A DNA stretch of 32,000 nucleotides, taken from positions 210,001 through 242,000 of the forward strand of contig NZ_JHXR01000003.1 of assembly GCF_000621645.1 (NCBI RefSeq), read 5' to 3'. This DNA comes from Vibrio cholerae ATCC 14035 (GTDB lineage Bacteria; Pseudomonadota; Gammaproteobacteria; Enterobacterales; Vibrionaceae). The position numbers were made by a program, and so were the translations under genes. Positions 16,949 through 26,796 of this stretch are shown here, piece by piece. Positions within the stretch are counted from its first letter, which is position 1, and each line of letters starts with the position of its first letter. The notes under the pieces were generated by a model. It was not told where the DNA came from and did no database searches. It was given only the letters and a program-made list of their open reading frames with translations.

Positions 16949-18196
16949 ATGGGCCTTAAAAAGTTTCTTGAAGACATCGAGCATCATTTTGAGCCAGGCG
17001 GCAAACACGAGAAGTGGTTTGCCCTGTATGAAGCAGCGGCGACGCTGTTCTATACACCAGGTCTGGTAACCAAAAGAAGCTCGCACGTTCGTGATAGCGT
17101 TGACCTAAAACGTATCATGATCATGGTTTGGCTTGCCGTATTCCCAGCGATGTTCTGGGGTATGTACAACGCTGGCGGCCAAGCTATTGCAGCACTTAAC
17201 CATCTGTATTCAGGTGATCAACTCGCGGCGATTGTGGCGGGTAACTGGCACTACTGGCTAACCGAAATGCTTGGCGGAACCATGTCAAGCGATGCTGGTT
17301 GGGGCAGTAAAATGCTGTTGGGTGCAACCTACTTCCTACCTATCTACGCTACGGTGTTCATCGTCGGTGGTTTCTGGGAAGTGTTGTTCTGTATGGTGCG
17401 CAAGCATGAAGTCAACGAAGGTTTCTTCGTTACCTCTATTCTGTTTGCTCTGATTGTTCCGCCAACTCTGCCTCTGTGGCAAGCTGCACTGGGTATTACC
17501 TTTGGTGTTGTGGTTGCCAAAGAAGTGTTTGGTGGTACAGGCCGTAACTTCCTTAACCCAGCGCTGGCTGGCCGTGCTTTCCTGTTCTTTGCTTACCCAG
17601 CACAGATCTCAGGTGACCTAGTATGGACTGCGGCAGATGGCTACTCAGGCGCAACTGCGCTGAGCCAATGGGCACAAGGTGGTGCAGGTGCACTGATTAA
17701 CAACGCGACTGGTCAAACGATCACTTGGATGGATGCTTTCATCGGTAACATCCCAGGTTCAATTGGTGAAGTGTCTACTCTGGCACTCATGATTGGTGCA
17801 GCGTTCATTGTTTATATGGGCATTGCTTCATGGCGCATTATTGGCGGCGTGATGATTGGTATGATCCTGCTGTCGACACTGTTTAACGTGATTGGCTCAG
17901 ATACCAACGCAATGTTCAACATGCCTTGGCATTGGCACCTAGTATTGGGTGGTTTCGCATTCGGTATGTTCTTCATGGCGACTGACCCAGTTTCTGCGTC
18001 CTTCACCAATAGCGGTAAATGGGCTTACGGTATTCTGATCGGTGTTATGTGTGTGCTGATCCGTGTTGTGAACCCGGCTTACCCAGAAGGCATGATGCTG
18101 GCGATCCTATTCGCGAACCTATTTGCGCCACTGTTTGACCATGTGGTTGTAGAGAGAAATATCAAGCGGAGATTAGCGCGCTATGGCAAGCAATAA
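16949..18196 (+). CDS. nqrB: Na+-NQR subunit B
   Basis: I trimmed the start to the ATG at 16949, giving 415 aa. The product is a polytopic membrane protein and carries the ApbE flavinylation motif D-G-Y-S-G-A-T. Confidence 0.95.
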
Positions 18197-18956
18197 CGAT
18201 AGCATTAAAAAGACGCTGTTTGTTGTTATCGCGTTGAGCCTAGTGTGCTCAATCATTGTATCGGCAGCGGCTGTCGGTCTGCGTGACAAGCAAAAAGAAA
18301 ATGCGGCATTAGACAAGCAGAGCAAGATCCTGCAAGTGGCTGGCATTGAAGCGAAAGGCAGTAAACAAATCGTTGAATTGTTCAATAAAAGCATTGAACC
18401 ACGTCTGGTTGACTTCAACACGGGTGACTTTGTTGAAGGCGATGCAGCTAACTACGATCAACGTAAAGCAGCGAAAGAAGCCTCTGAATCTATCAAGCTG
18501 ACCGCTGAACAAGATAAAGCGAAGATCCAACGTCGTGCGAATGTTGGTGTGGTTTATCTGGTGAAAGACGGCGACAAAACCAGCAAGGTGATTCTGCCTG
18601 TACACGGTAACGGCCTATGGTCGATGATGTACGCGTTTGTAGCAGTAGAAACTGACGGTAACACGGTTTCAGGTTTGACCTACTATGAACAAGGTGAAAC
18701 ACCGGGATTGGGTGGCGAAGTTGAAAACCCAGCTTGGCGTGCTCAATGGGTCGGTAAAAAGCTGTTTGATGAAAACCACAAACCTGCGATCAAGATTGTC
18801 AAAGGTGGTGCACCTCAAGGTTCAGAGCATGGCGTAGACGGTCTGTCTGGCGCAACTTTGACCAGTAATGGCGTACAAAACACCTTCGACTTCTGGTTGG
18901 GTGATATGGGCTTTGGTCCATTCCTGACAAAAGTTCGTGACGGAGGTCTTAACTAA
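18183..18956 (+). CDS. nqrC: Na+-NQR subunit C
   Basis: The 257-aa product has an N-terminal membrane anchor and the FMN-attachment motif VDGLSGATL. The gene overlaps nqrB by 14 nt. Confidence 0.95.
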
Positions 18957-19588
18957 TGTCTAGCGCAAAAGAGCTGAAAAAGAGTGTGTTAGCCCCAGTT
19001 TTGGACAACAACCCGATTGCACTGCAAGTTCTGGGTGTGTGTTCTGCACTGGCGGTAACCACTAAGCTGGAAACGGCATTTGTTATGACGCTAGCGGTAA
19101 TGTTTGTTACTGCATTGTCTAACTTCTTCGTTTCTCTGATCCGTAACCACATTCCTAACAGTGTGCGTATTATCGTACAAATGGCGATTATCGCTTCGTT
19201 AGTTATCGTGGTAGACCAGATTCTGAAAGCGTATCTGTACGATATTTCTAAGCAACTGTCGGTATTCGTTGGTCTGATTATCACCAACTGTATCGTAATG
19301 GGTCGTGCAGAAGCGTTTGCAATGAAGTCTGAACCAATTCCTTCTTTCATTGATGGTATTGGTAACGGTTTAGGATACGGTTTCGTGCTGATGACGGTTG
19401 GTTTCTTCCGTGAGCTTTTAGGCTCAGGTAAGCTATTTGGCTTGGAAGTTCTGCCTCTGATCAGCAACGGTGGTTGGTATCAGCCAAACGGCCTGATGCT
19501 ACTCGCACCTTCAGCATTCTTCCTGATCGGCTTCATGATTTGGGCGATTCGCACGTTCAAACCAGAACAAGTAGAAGCGAAGGAGTAA
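18956..19588 (+). CDS. nqrD: Na+-NQR subunit D
   Basis: The 210-aa product is a polytopic RnfE-like membrane protein. The start overlaps the nqrC stop as TAATG. Confidence 0.95.
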
Positions 19589-19595
19589 GGTTGTC

Positions 19596-20192
19596 ATGGA
19601 ACATTATATTAGTCTGCTGGTGAAATCGATTTTCATCGAGAACATGGCACTCTCTTTCTTCCTAGGGATGTGTACATTCTTGGCGGTGTCGAAGAAAGTT
19701 AAGACATCATTCGGCTTAGGTATTGCGGTAATCGTAGTACTGACTATCTCTGTACCAGTTAACAATCTGGTGTACAACCTTGTGCTTAAGCCAGATGCAC
19801 TGGTTGAAGGGGTAGATCTTAGCTTCCTCAACTTTATTACCTTTATCGGTGTTATTGCGGCATTAGTACAGATTCTGGAAATGATCCTCGATCGCTTCTT
19901 CCCGCCTCTGTATAACGCACTGGGCATCTTCCTTCCGCTGATCACAGTAAACTGTGCGATCTTCGGTGGTGTGTCTTTCATGGTGCAGCGCGACTACAGC
20001 TTTGCTGAATCAGTGGTATACGGTTTCGGTTCTGGTGTGGGTTGGATGCTGGCTATCGTCGCTCTTGCAGGTATCCGTGAGAAGATGAAGTATTCAGACG
20101 TTCCTCCAGGTCTGCGTGGTTTAGGTATTACCTTTATCACGGCTGGCTTGATGGCGTTGGGCTTCATGTCTTTCTCTGGTGTTCAACTGTAA
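19596..20192 (+). CDS. nqrE: Na+-NQR subunit E
   Basis: The 198-aa product is a polytopic RnfA-like membrane protein. Confidence 0.95.
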
Positions 20193-20225
20193 GTCGGGTA
20201 AACCGCAGCAATAAAGGAATAGTTA

Positions 20226-21452
20226 ATGTCTACTATTATTTTTGGTGTAGTGATGTTTACCCTGATTATACTGGCTTTGGTTCTGGTGATTCTGTTCGCC
20301 AAATCCAAGCTAGTACCAACAGGTGACATTACAATTTCTATTAATGGCGATCCTGAAAAAGCGATCGTAACCCAACCGGGTGGTAAGTTGCTGACTGCAC
20401 TGGCAGGCGCTGGTGTATTCGTATCTTCAGCTTGTGGTGGTGGTGGTTCATGTGGCCAATGCCGTGTAAAAATCAAATCAGGTGGCGGTGATATTCTGCC
20501 GACAGAACTGGATCACATCAGCAAAGGCGAAGCCCGTGAAGGTGAGCGTTTGGCGTGTCAGGTTGCTGTAAAAGCAGATATGGATCTGGAACTGCCAGAA
20601 GAGATCTTTGGCGTGAAGAAGTGGGAATGTACGGTTATCTCTAACGATAACAAAGCCACTTTCATCAAAGAGCTGAAGCTTGCGATTCCTGATGGTGAAT
20701 CAGTACCATTCCGTGCGGGTGGTTACATTCAGATTGAAGCGCCTGCGCACCATGTTAAGTACGCCGATTTTGATGTACCTGAGAAATACCGTGGTGACTG
20801 GGACAAATTCAATCTGTTCCGTTATGAGTCTAAAGTGGATGAGCCAATCATCCGTGCATACTCAATGGCGAACTACCCTGAAGAGTTTGGCATCATCATG
20901 CTGAACGTGCGTATCGCGACTCCGCCGCCAAATAATCCAAATGTGCCACCAGGCCAAATGTCTTCTTACATCTGGTCACTGAAAGCCGGTGATAAATGTA
21001 CGATTTCTGGTCCGTTCGGTGAGTTCTTCGCGAAAGACACGGATGCAGAGATGGTATTTATCGGTGGTGGTGCGGGTATGGCGCCAATGCGTTCGCATAT
21101 CTTTGACCAACTGAAGCGTCTGAAGTCTAAGCGTAAGATGTCTTATTGGTACGGTGCGCGTTCTAAGCGTGAAATGTTCTACGTGGAAGATTTCGATGGC
21201 CTAGCGGCTGAGAATGACAACTTCGTATGGCACTGTGCTCTGTCAGATCCTCAACCAGAAGATAACTGGACAGGCTACACCGGTTTCATCCATAACGTAC
21301 TGTATGAAAACTATCTGAAGGATCACGAAGCTCCGGAAGATTGTGAATACTACATGTGTGGACCTCCGATGATGAACGCGGCAGTGATCAACATGCTGAA
21401 AAACCTAGGTGTAGAAGAGGAAAACATCCTACTGGATGACTTCGGTGGTTAA
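20226..21452 (+). CDS. nqrF: Na+-NQR subunit F (2Fe-2S ferredoxin / FAD / NADH-binding)
   Basis: The product has an N-terminal TM helix and the 2Fe-2S motif [10 protein letters not shown]. The FAD motif RAYSMAN and the NAD-binding motif [10 protein letters not shown] are present. Confidence 0.95.
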
Positions 21453-21473
21453 TCGATAACTCGCTACACTGCG

Positions 21474-21508
21474 ATGGCTGGCTCGTTCGAGTCAGCCATT
21501 GTTTTTTA
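21474..21508 (+). terminator. strong intrinsic terminator between nqrF and apbE
   Basis: An 11-bp stem pairs ATGGCTGGCTC (21474-21484) with GAGTCAGCCAT (21489-21499); it includes one G-U pair and has the tetraloop GTTC. TGTTTTTT follows. Confidence 0.85.
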
Positions 21509-21597
21509 CAAATTGGATATTGAAAGTGTCGATGGTTATCTGGTTTAGGGTATCGGTATTTCCCATATCAATTTTTAACTATGAAAGGAGTAAACAA

Positions 21598-22602
21598 GTG
21601 AGAAATTGGCTTGTTGCATTAGCTTCTCTTCTCTTGCTGGCTGGCTGTGAAAAGCCCGCAGAGCAGGTACATCTCAGTGGCCCAACCATGGGAACCACTT
21701 ACAACATCAAATACATTCAACAGCCGGGAATTGCGGATTCGAAAACACTGCAAACCGAGATTGATCGACTCCTTGAAGAAGTGAACGATCAAATGTCGAC
21801 TTACCGTAAAGACTCTGAGCTCAGCCGTTTTAACCAGCATACCAGTAGCGAACCTTTTGCCGTTTCTACACAAACGTTAACCGTGGTGAAAGAGGCGATT
21901 CGTTTGAACGGTCTTACTGAAGGTGCTTTAGATGTGACCGTCGGACCTTTGGTTAATCTGTGGGGATTTGGCCCTGAAGCCCGTCCTGATGTGGTACCAA
22001 CCGATGAAGAGCTGAATGCGCGTCGTGCTATTACTGGCATTGAGCATCTGACGATTGAAGGGAATACGCTGAGTAAAGATATTCCTGAACTGTATGTCGA
22101 CTTGTCTACGATTGCCAAAGGTTGGGGAGTAGATGTGGTCGCCGATTACCTTCAATCTCAAGGTATCGAAAACTACATGGTAGAAATTGGCGGAGAAATC
22201 CGTTTGAAAGGACTGAACCGTGATGGTGTTCCCTGGCGTATTGCGATAGAAAAGCCAAGTGTTGATCAGCGTAGTGTACAAGAGATCATCGAACCGGGTG
22301 ATTATGCGATCGCAACCTCCGGTGATTACCGTAACTACTTTGAGCAAGATGGCGTTCGTTACTCGCATATCATCGATCCAACTACCGGACGCCCAATCAA
22401 TAACCGCGTGGTCTCCGTGACGGTACTGGATAAGTCTTGTATGACGGCGGATGGCTTAGCGACAGGCTTGATGGTCATGGGCGAAGAGCGTGGTATGGCT
22501 GTCGCAGAAGCCAACCAGATCCCGGTTTTAATGATTGTGAAAACGGATGATGGCTTTAAAGAGTACGCATCAAGCAGCTTTAAACCGTTTTTAAGTAAGT
22601 AA
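21598..22602 (+). CDS. apbE: FAD:protein FMN transferase ApbE (flavinylates NqrB/NqrC)
   Basis: I trimmed the start to the GTG at 21598, which has an AAAGGAG SD 7 nt upstream, giving 334 aa. The lipoprotein signal is VRNWLVALASLLLLAGC. The family is ApbE (MGTTYNIKY, SGDYRNYFE, HIIDPTTGRP). Confidence 0.9.
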   Translation: MRNWLVALASLLLLAGCEKPAEQVHLSGPTMGTTYNIKYIQQPGIADSKTLQTEIDRLLEEVNDQMSTYRKDSELSRFNQHTSSEPFAVSTQTLTVVKEAIRLNGLTEGALDVTVGPLVNLWGFGPEARPDVVPTDEELNARRAITGIEHLTIEGNTLSKDIPELYVDLSTIAKGWGVDVVADYLQSQGIENYMVEIGGEIRLKGLNRDGVPWRIAIEKPSVDQRSVQEIIEPGDYAIATSGDYRNYFEQDGVRYSHIIDPTTGRPINNRVVSVTVLDKSCMTADGLATGLMVMGEERGMAVAEANQIPVLMIVKTDDGFKEYASSSFKPFLSK

Positions 22603-22618
22603 TAGTGAGCATAAAACA

Positions 22619-22852
22619 ATGAACACCTTTTTGATTACTTTTGGTTTCTTTCTGGCCGTGATTGCCGCCATGGCCGTTGGTTACATTTTCCAACGTAAAG
22701 TGGTGAAAGGCAGCTGTGGTGGTTTAGGTGCAGTGGGCATCGAAAAAGTCTGCAATTGCCCTGAGCCTTGTGATGCACGTAAAAAACGTGAAGCTAAAGC
22801 AGCCGCCCGCGCCGAGCGTCTTGCGGCTTGGGAAAAAGATCGGATCGCATAA
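22619..22852 (+). CDS. nqrM: (Na+)-NQR maturation protein NqrM (DUF539)
   Basis: The 77-aa product has one TM helix followed by the cysteine cluster CGGLG...CNCPEPC. Its position after apbE is typical of NqrM. Confidence 0.85.
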   Translation: MNTFLITFGFFLAVIAAMAVGYIFQRKVVKGSCGGLGAVGIEKVCNCPEPCDARKKREAKAAARAERLAAWEKDRIA

Positions 22853-22872
22853 TTCGTGCTATCGCATCAAAA

Positions 22873-22896
22873 AGCTCGCTCCGGCGGGCTTTTTGT
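22873..22896 (+). terminator. intrinsic terminator after nqrM
   Basis: A 7-bp stem pairs AGCTCGC with GCGGGCT (one G-U pair) around the loop TCCG. An A-run precedes it and TTTTGTTT follows. Confidence 0.75.
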
Positions 22897-22930
22897 TTAT
22901 CAGACTTTCCTTATCGATGGCTTATTATTA

Positions 22931-22950
22931 TACTGTTTATGTATACAGTA
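22931..22950. promoter_or_regulatory. LexA (SOS) box upstream of dinB
   Basis: TACTGTTTATGTATACAGTA has both TACTG and CAGTA arms perfect against the consensus TACTG(TA)5CAGTA. The box ends 10 nt before the dinB ATG. Confidence 0.9.
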
Positions 22951-22960
22951 TTGGTGGGCT

Positions 22961-24043
22961 ATGCAAGACAGAATTCGTAAAATCATCCATGTCGATATGG
23001 ACTGCTTTTTCGCTGCCGTTGAAATGCGGGATAACCCTGCGTATCGAGAGATAGCACTGGCCGTGGGCGGACATGAAAAGCAGCGTGGAGTGATCAGTAC
23101 ATGCAACTATCAGGCGCGCAAATTTGGCGTTCGTTCTGCTATGCCTACCGCTCAGGCATTAAAACTCTGCCCACAACTGCATGTCGTCCCGGGGCGGATG
23201 TCTGTCTACAAAAGTGTTTCTCAACAAATCCAAACTATTTTTCAGCGTTATACCTCGTTGATTGAGCCTCTTTCACTTGATGAGGCCTATCTTGATGTCA
23301 GTGAATCGACTGCCTATCAAGGTAGTGCGACCTTAATTGCTCAAGCGATTCGACGTGATATCTGGCAAGAGTTGAATTTAACGGCGTCCGCTGGTGTTGC
23401 GCCGATCAAGTTTCTTGCAAAAGTTGCGTCCGACTTAAATAAACCTAATGGCTTGTATGTGGTGACGCCTGACAAAGTTCAGGAGATGGTCGATAGTTTG
23501 CCGCTGGAAAAGATTCCGGGTGTTGGCAAAGTGGCGTTAGAAAAGCTGCATCAAGCCGGTCTTTATGTCGGAGCGGATGTAAGGCGAGCGGACTATCGCA
23601 AGTTACTGCATCAATTTGGGCGTTTAGGTGCTTCTTTGTGGAAAAAAAGTCACGGCATTGATGAACGTGAAGTGGTGACTGAGCGCGAACGAAAATCTGT
23701 CGGTGTGGAGTACACCTTTAGCCAAAACATTTCGACGTTTCAGGAGTGTTGGCAAGTGATTGAACAGAAATTGTATCCGGAGCTAGATGCTCGTTTGAGT
23801 CGGGCTCACCCACAGCGAGGCATTATTAAACAAGGCATTAAAGTGAAATTTGCTGATTTCCAACAGACAACCATTGAGCATGTTCACCCTGCATTAGAGC
23901 TCGACTACTTCCACGAGCTGTTAGAGCAAGTGTTAACTCGCCAGCAAGGACGAGAAATTCGCTTACTTGGTTTAAGTGTCATGCTTAAGCCGGAATTGCA
24001 GATGAAACAGCTATCGATGTTTCCGAGTGATGGATGGCAATAG
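22961..24043 (+). CDS. dinB: DNA polymerase IV (Y-family translesion polymerase)
   Basis: I trimmed the start to the ATG at 22961, giving 360 aa. RKIIHVDMDCFFAAVEMRDNP and SLDEAYLDV are nearly identical to E. coli DinB. The ORF-track extension would run across the terminator and the LexA box. Confidence 0.93.
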   Translation: MQDRIRKIIHVDMDCFFAAVEMRDNPAYREIALAVGGHEKQRGVISTCNYQARKFGVRSAMPTAQALKLCPQLHVVPGRMSVYKSVSQQIQTIFQRYTSLIEPLSLDEAYLDVSESTAYQGSATLIAQAIRRDIWQELNLTASAGVAPIKFLAKVASDLNKPNGLYVVTPDKVQEMVDSLPLEKIPGVGKVALEKLHQAGLYVGADVRRADYRKLLHQFGRLGASLWKKSHGIDEREVVTERERKSVGVEYTFSQNISTFQECWQVIEQKLYPELDARLSRAHPQRGIIKQGIKVKFADFQQTTIEHVHPALELDYFHELLEQVLTRQQGREIRLLGLSVMLKPELQMKQLSMFPSDGWQ

Positions 24044-24197
24044 GCCGATGCCTCTCTTAAAACAGACATCATGGAGTGGGGTGATAAAGAGCGTTATCCT
24101 TTCGTCGCCTAATGCAAATCGTTTGGTATAGTGTGTTTGTTATTGATATACCACTCTAAATGAATGAGAGAGAGTTCAACTTTGGGTTCCTTTATCA

Positions 24198-24205
24198 GGG
24201 GGGGG
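24198..24205. repeat. homopolymeric G8 tract (intergenic)
   Basis: Counted directly as 8 consecutive G. The tract lies 111 nt upstream of the ATG at 24316. Confidence 0.9.
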
Positions 24206-24315
24206 ATTTGATGAATTGAACAATAAACGGCAGGAAAGTGTCATTTTTGACGTTTTATTGGCGTAGTATTCATCAGGATTGATTATAGTTGGCAAAAAAT
24301 CGGCCAGAGAACACC

Positions 24316-25059
24316 ATGAAAAAATCGTTTTTAACCTTAGCGCTATTAATGAGTTCCTCCACTTGGGCGGCACAATGTCAGGTGGATATCCAAAATGAAG
24401 TGCATCTTAATACTCAACGTATTGAGATCCGGCGTACCAGCAGTGATAAAGCGCTGATCGATAAGCAGAACAATCTTTATATTCAAGGTAAGAGAGTTTC
24501 GCTTAACGCAGATCAGCAGGCAGCGGTACGTCAGTATCGTGAGCAGTTGACCAGTTTACTGCCAAAAGCTCAGCGATGGGCAGACGATAGTTTGAAGCTA
24601 GCCAATCAGTTAGTTGACGATGTTGCACTCTCTTTAGAGGCCCCACAAGCGTTTAATAATGTGAAAACCTCTATGGCCACCTTGTTTGCTGAAGCGAAAG
24701 CTGAGTACTTTAAAAATGGTGATTTGGTTGTTCCCGCTGAAACGTTTGCTGCAATGCAAACTCGATGGCAACAGAAATTAGCGCAGGGAAAAGAAGTCCT
24801 CACGCAGCAATTTTTTACTAGTGCGTTTGATGTGATGGCGAATAAAATGCAGCAGGAGGGCGGGGTGAATCTTAGCCAGCTTGGTAAAAACATGGCGGAT
24901 TTAAAAAACAAATTGGACAGCAAGCTAAAAGAACAAAGCTCGACGTTTGAGAAACAAGGACGAGAGTGGTGTGATACGCTGAACAAAATGACGCAACAAG
25001 AACAGCAATTACACAAAAAGATCCCTCAACTAAAGAACTATCAAGTCTTCACCATCTAA
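24316..25059 (+). CDS. DUF2884-family (YggN-like) periplasmic protein
   Basis: I trimmed the start to the ATG at 24316, giving the signal peptide MKKSFLTLALLMSSSTWA/AQC. The product has a coiled, Q/K-rich periplasmic sequence and resembles E. coli YggN as I recall it. Confidence 0.65.
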   Translation: MKKSFLTLALLMSSSTWAAQCQVDIQNEVHLNTQRIEIRRTSSDKALIDKQNNLYIQGKRVSLNADQQAAVRQYREQLTSLLPKAQRWADDSLKLANQLVDDVALSLEAPQAFNNVKTSMATLFAEAKAEYFKNGDLVVPAETFAAMQTRWQQKLAQGKEVLTQQFFTSAFDVMANKMQQEGGVNLSQLGKNMADLKNKLDSKLKEQSSTFEKQGREWCDTLNKMTQQEQQLHKKIPQLKNYQVFTI

Positions 25060-25065
25060 ACTGAT

Positions 25066-25090
25066 AAGAGCGTGACCTGCGCTCTTTTGT
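25066..25090 (+). terminator. intrinsic terminator after the DUF2884 gene
   Basis: A 7-bp stem pairs AAGAGCG (25066-25072) with CGCTCTT (25080-25086) around a 7-nt loop. TTGTTCT follows. Confidence 0.6.
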
Positions 25091-25122
25091 TCTAAGTAAA
25101 GGTTTATTATGACGATGGTGAT

Positions 25123-26640
25123 ATGAATTTAAATAACTTTAGCCTACGCTGGCTAACGACACTCAATGCGTTAGCGGTGGTGTTAGGCTTTTTAATGTTT
25201 TATCTGACCTTTAAATATTTCTGGTCACATGATCGTGAAGTTGCGCAAGTGCTGCAGTTACAACAGGCCGAGTTGCAGCGGGTTGAAACCTTGTTGTCGT
25301 TAGAACGTAAGGCGATGGGGGCTTCTTTGGCAGATTATGCCGCTTGGGATGAAATGGCAGACTTCATTGCAAAACCCACCCTTGAGTTCACACAAAGCAA
25401 TATTGGAGAGCACGCTTTCAGTTCACAATTCCTCGATGGCGTATTTATCTATGATCCTGAGGGCAATTTGGTTTGGGGCAAGAAATATGACGCAGCAACG
25501 GGGCAGAGCTCTAGCTATGAGCACTTATTGCCGGATTTTTCACGTATTTTACAGCAGGCGACACGTTTAAGTGTGGATGAAATCTCGACTTCCGTTCGTT
25601 ATATGGTGGTGGAGGATGAGCCCTATTTAGCTGCCACGGCTCGTGTCTGTGACAGTGATGGGAAAGGGTGTAACAAAGGTTTCTTAATCTTTATTAAAAA
25701 AGTCCGCGCCCAGTTTGCGAATGTGGTTGAGCAAGCCACTGGTGTCGATATTGAAGTCTTAACCTGTAAAAATGATGCGCCCTTACCGCAAGACGAAGTG
25801 GATGTTTCATACATCAAGCAACTCGATTACAGCGGTAATTCCAGTGTGTTGTTTAAAATTAACCATCACATTAAGCATCCTCCCTTCATTCGAACCGAAG
25901 AAATTCTTGCTTTGCTGTTCTTTTCACTGGTGATGTACTTAGTCAATTTATGGGTGGTGATTGCCTTGATCAAACCGATCACGACCGCCAGTCAAGTGTT
26001 GCAACAATTTAAAACATCGGGCGGAAAAATGCCGGATGCGAGTACTTTTATCTCATCGGAGATGAAAGAATTTGCCACTACGATCAACCGAATCGTCGGA
26101 CAATTGGAGGATAGTCAACAAGTGTTACGTTGGCAGTCTGAGCATGATCCACTAACCCGCATTTCCAATCGTCGCCATTTAGAAAAGCAGCTTAAAAGTT
26201 ATTTGAGCGATCGTCCGCAAGCCTATCTGGTGCTGTTTCTTGTCGATATCGATTTTTTCAAACGTTTCAATGACAGCTTTGGTCATTTGGCTGGCGATGA
26301 AGCCTTATGTTCCGTTGCTGATGTGCTCCAATCGGTGGAGTTCCATGGCGAGAAAATCGTGGCGCGCTTTGGGGGAGAAGAGTTTTGTGTTGTTTTAGCT
26401 TCGGACTGTGCATTTGATGCAGAACAGTATGCACAACAGATGAGAAGCAAAATCGAGCAGCTCGCGATTGCAAATCCGGTTGATGCACTCTGCCAATATC
26501 TAACGGTGAGCATTGGTGGTGTGTATGCTATTTCTCCAAAGATGGAGTCTTATCTCTCTTTGTTCCATCAGGCGGATATGGCACTTTATCATGCGAAAGA
26601 ACACGGACGAGATCGATACGTTGTGCGAAATTTTGTCTAA
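25123..26640 (+). CDS. cdgL: membrane-bound diguanylate cyclase (periplasmic CHASE4-like sensor, 2 TM, GGDEF domain)
   Basis: The active site is GGEEF. TM helices lie at about residues 8-30 and 255-280. The periplasmic segment contains YAAWDEMADFI, which is CHASE4-like. I assign the symbol only from my memory that VC2285, three genes after dinB, is CdgL. Confidence 0.8.
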   Translation: MNLNNFSLRWLTTLNALAVVLGFLMFYLTFKYFWSHDREVAQVLQLQQAELQRVETLLSLERKAMGASLADYAAWDEMADFIAKPTLEFTQSNIGEHAFSSQFLDGVFIYDPEGNLVWGKKYDAATGQSSSYEHLLPDFSRILQQATRLSVDEISTSVRYMVVEDEPYLAATARVCDSDGKGCNKGFLIFIKKVRAQFANVVEQATGVDIEVLTCKNDAPLPQDEVDVSYIKQLDYSGNSSVLFKINHHIKHPPFIRTEEILALLFFSLVMYLVNLWVVIALIKPITTASQVLQQFKTSGGKMPDASTFISSEMKEFATTINRIVGQLEDSQQVLRWQSEHDPLTRISNRRHLEKQLKSYLSDRPQAYLVLFLVDIDFFKRFNDSFGHLAGDEALCSVADVLQSVEFHGEKIVARFGGEEFCVVLASDCAFDAEQYAQQMRSKIEQLAIANPVDALCQYLTVSIGGVYAISPKMESYLSLFHQADMALYHAKEHGRDRYVVRNFV

Positions 26641-26727
26641 ATTTTAAACGATACATCATTTGAAATTTGATTTGAGTCGATAAAAGTAAAGTGATTGGGT
26701 GATTTTTCAGCGAATGATTCTGTTGCT

Positions 26728-26740
26728 GATTGAGTCAATC
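26728..26740. repeat. 13-bp palindrome GATTGAgTCAATC upstream of the NSS transporter
   Basis: Read directly: 6-bp arms around a central G. It lies 17 bp upstream of the TrpR-like operator. Confidence 0.85.
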
Positions 26741-26756
26741 TCCGCTTTGTATTAAT

Positions 26757-26774
26757 GTACTAGTTAACTAGTGT
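26757..26774. promoter_or_regulatory. TrpR-type operator
   Basis: GTACTAGTTAACTAGTGT matches the symmetric E. coli trp operator GTACTAGTTAACTAGTAC at 16 of 18 positions. The central 14 bp, ACTAGTTAACTAGT (26759-26772), is a perfect palindrome. The site ends 22 nt before the ATG at 26797. Confidence 0.7.
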
Positions 26775-26796
26775 GTTGGTATCGTGAGTCGTCGTA

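Noticed and set aside
18949-19467. Long antisense 'shadow' ORFs inside well-supported genes. One example is 172 aa opposite nqrD. Others are 3721-4236 opposite tcdA, 10982-11392 opposite ampG, 21928-22368 opposite apbE, 24606-25016 opposite the DUF2884 gene and 29498-29920 opposite rimK.
   Set aside because: Each lies entirely within a gene with strong family identity on the other strand. Each has a low-complexity or odd composition and no independent start signals. This is typical of frame-shadow artefacts.
21499-21597. An N-terminal extension of apbE (MFFTNWILKV...).
   Set aside because: It begins inside the nqrF terminator U-tract. The GTG at 21598 has a strong SD and yields a canonical lipoprotein signal.
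22728-23054. A 108-aa ORF (22728-23054) and the 35-codon upstream extension of dinB (22856-22960).
   Set aside because: Both run through the nqrM terminator hairpin and the LexA box. DinB homology begins only at MQDRIRKIIHVD (22961).
24176-24373. A 65-aa minus-strand ORF in the dinB / DUF2884 spacer.
   Set aside because: It overlaps the signal-peptide-encoding start of the plus-strand gene and contains the G8 tract as a PPP run. It has no SD and no recognisable family.
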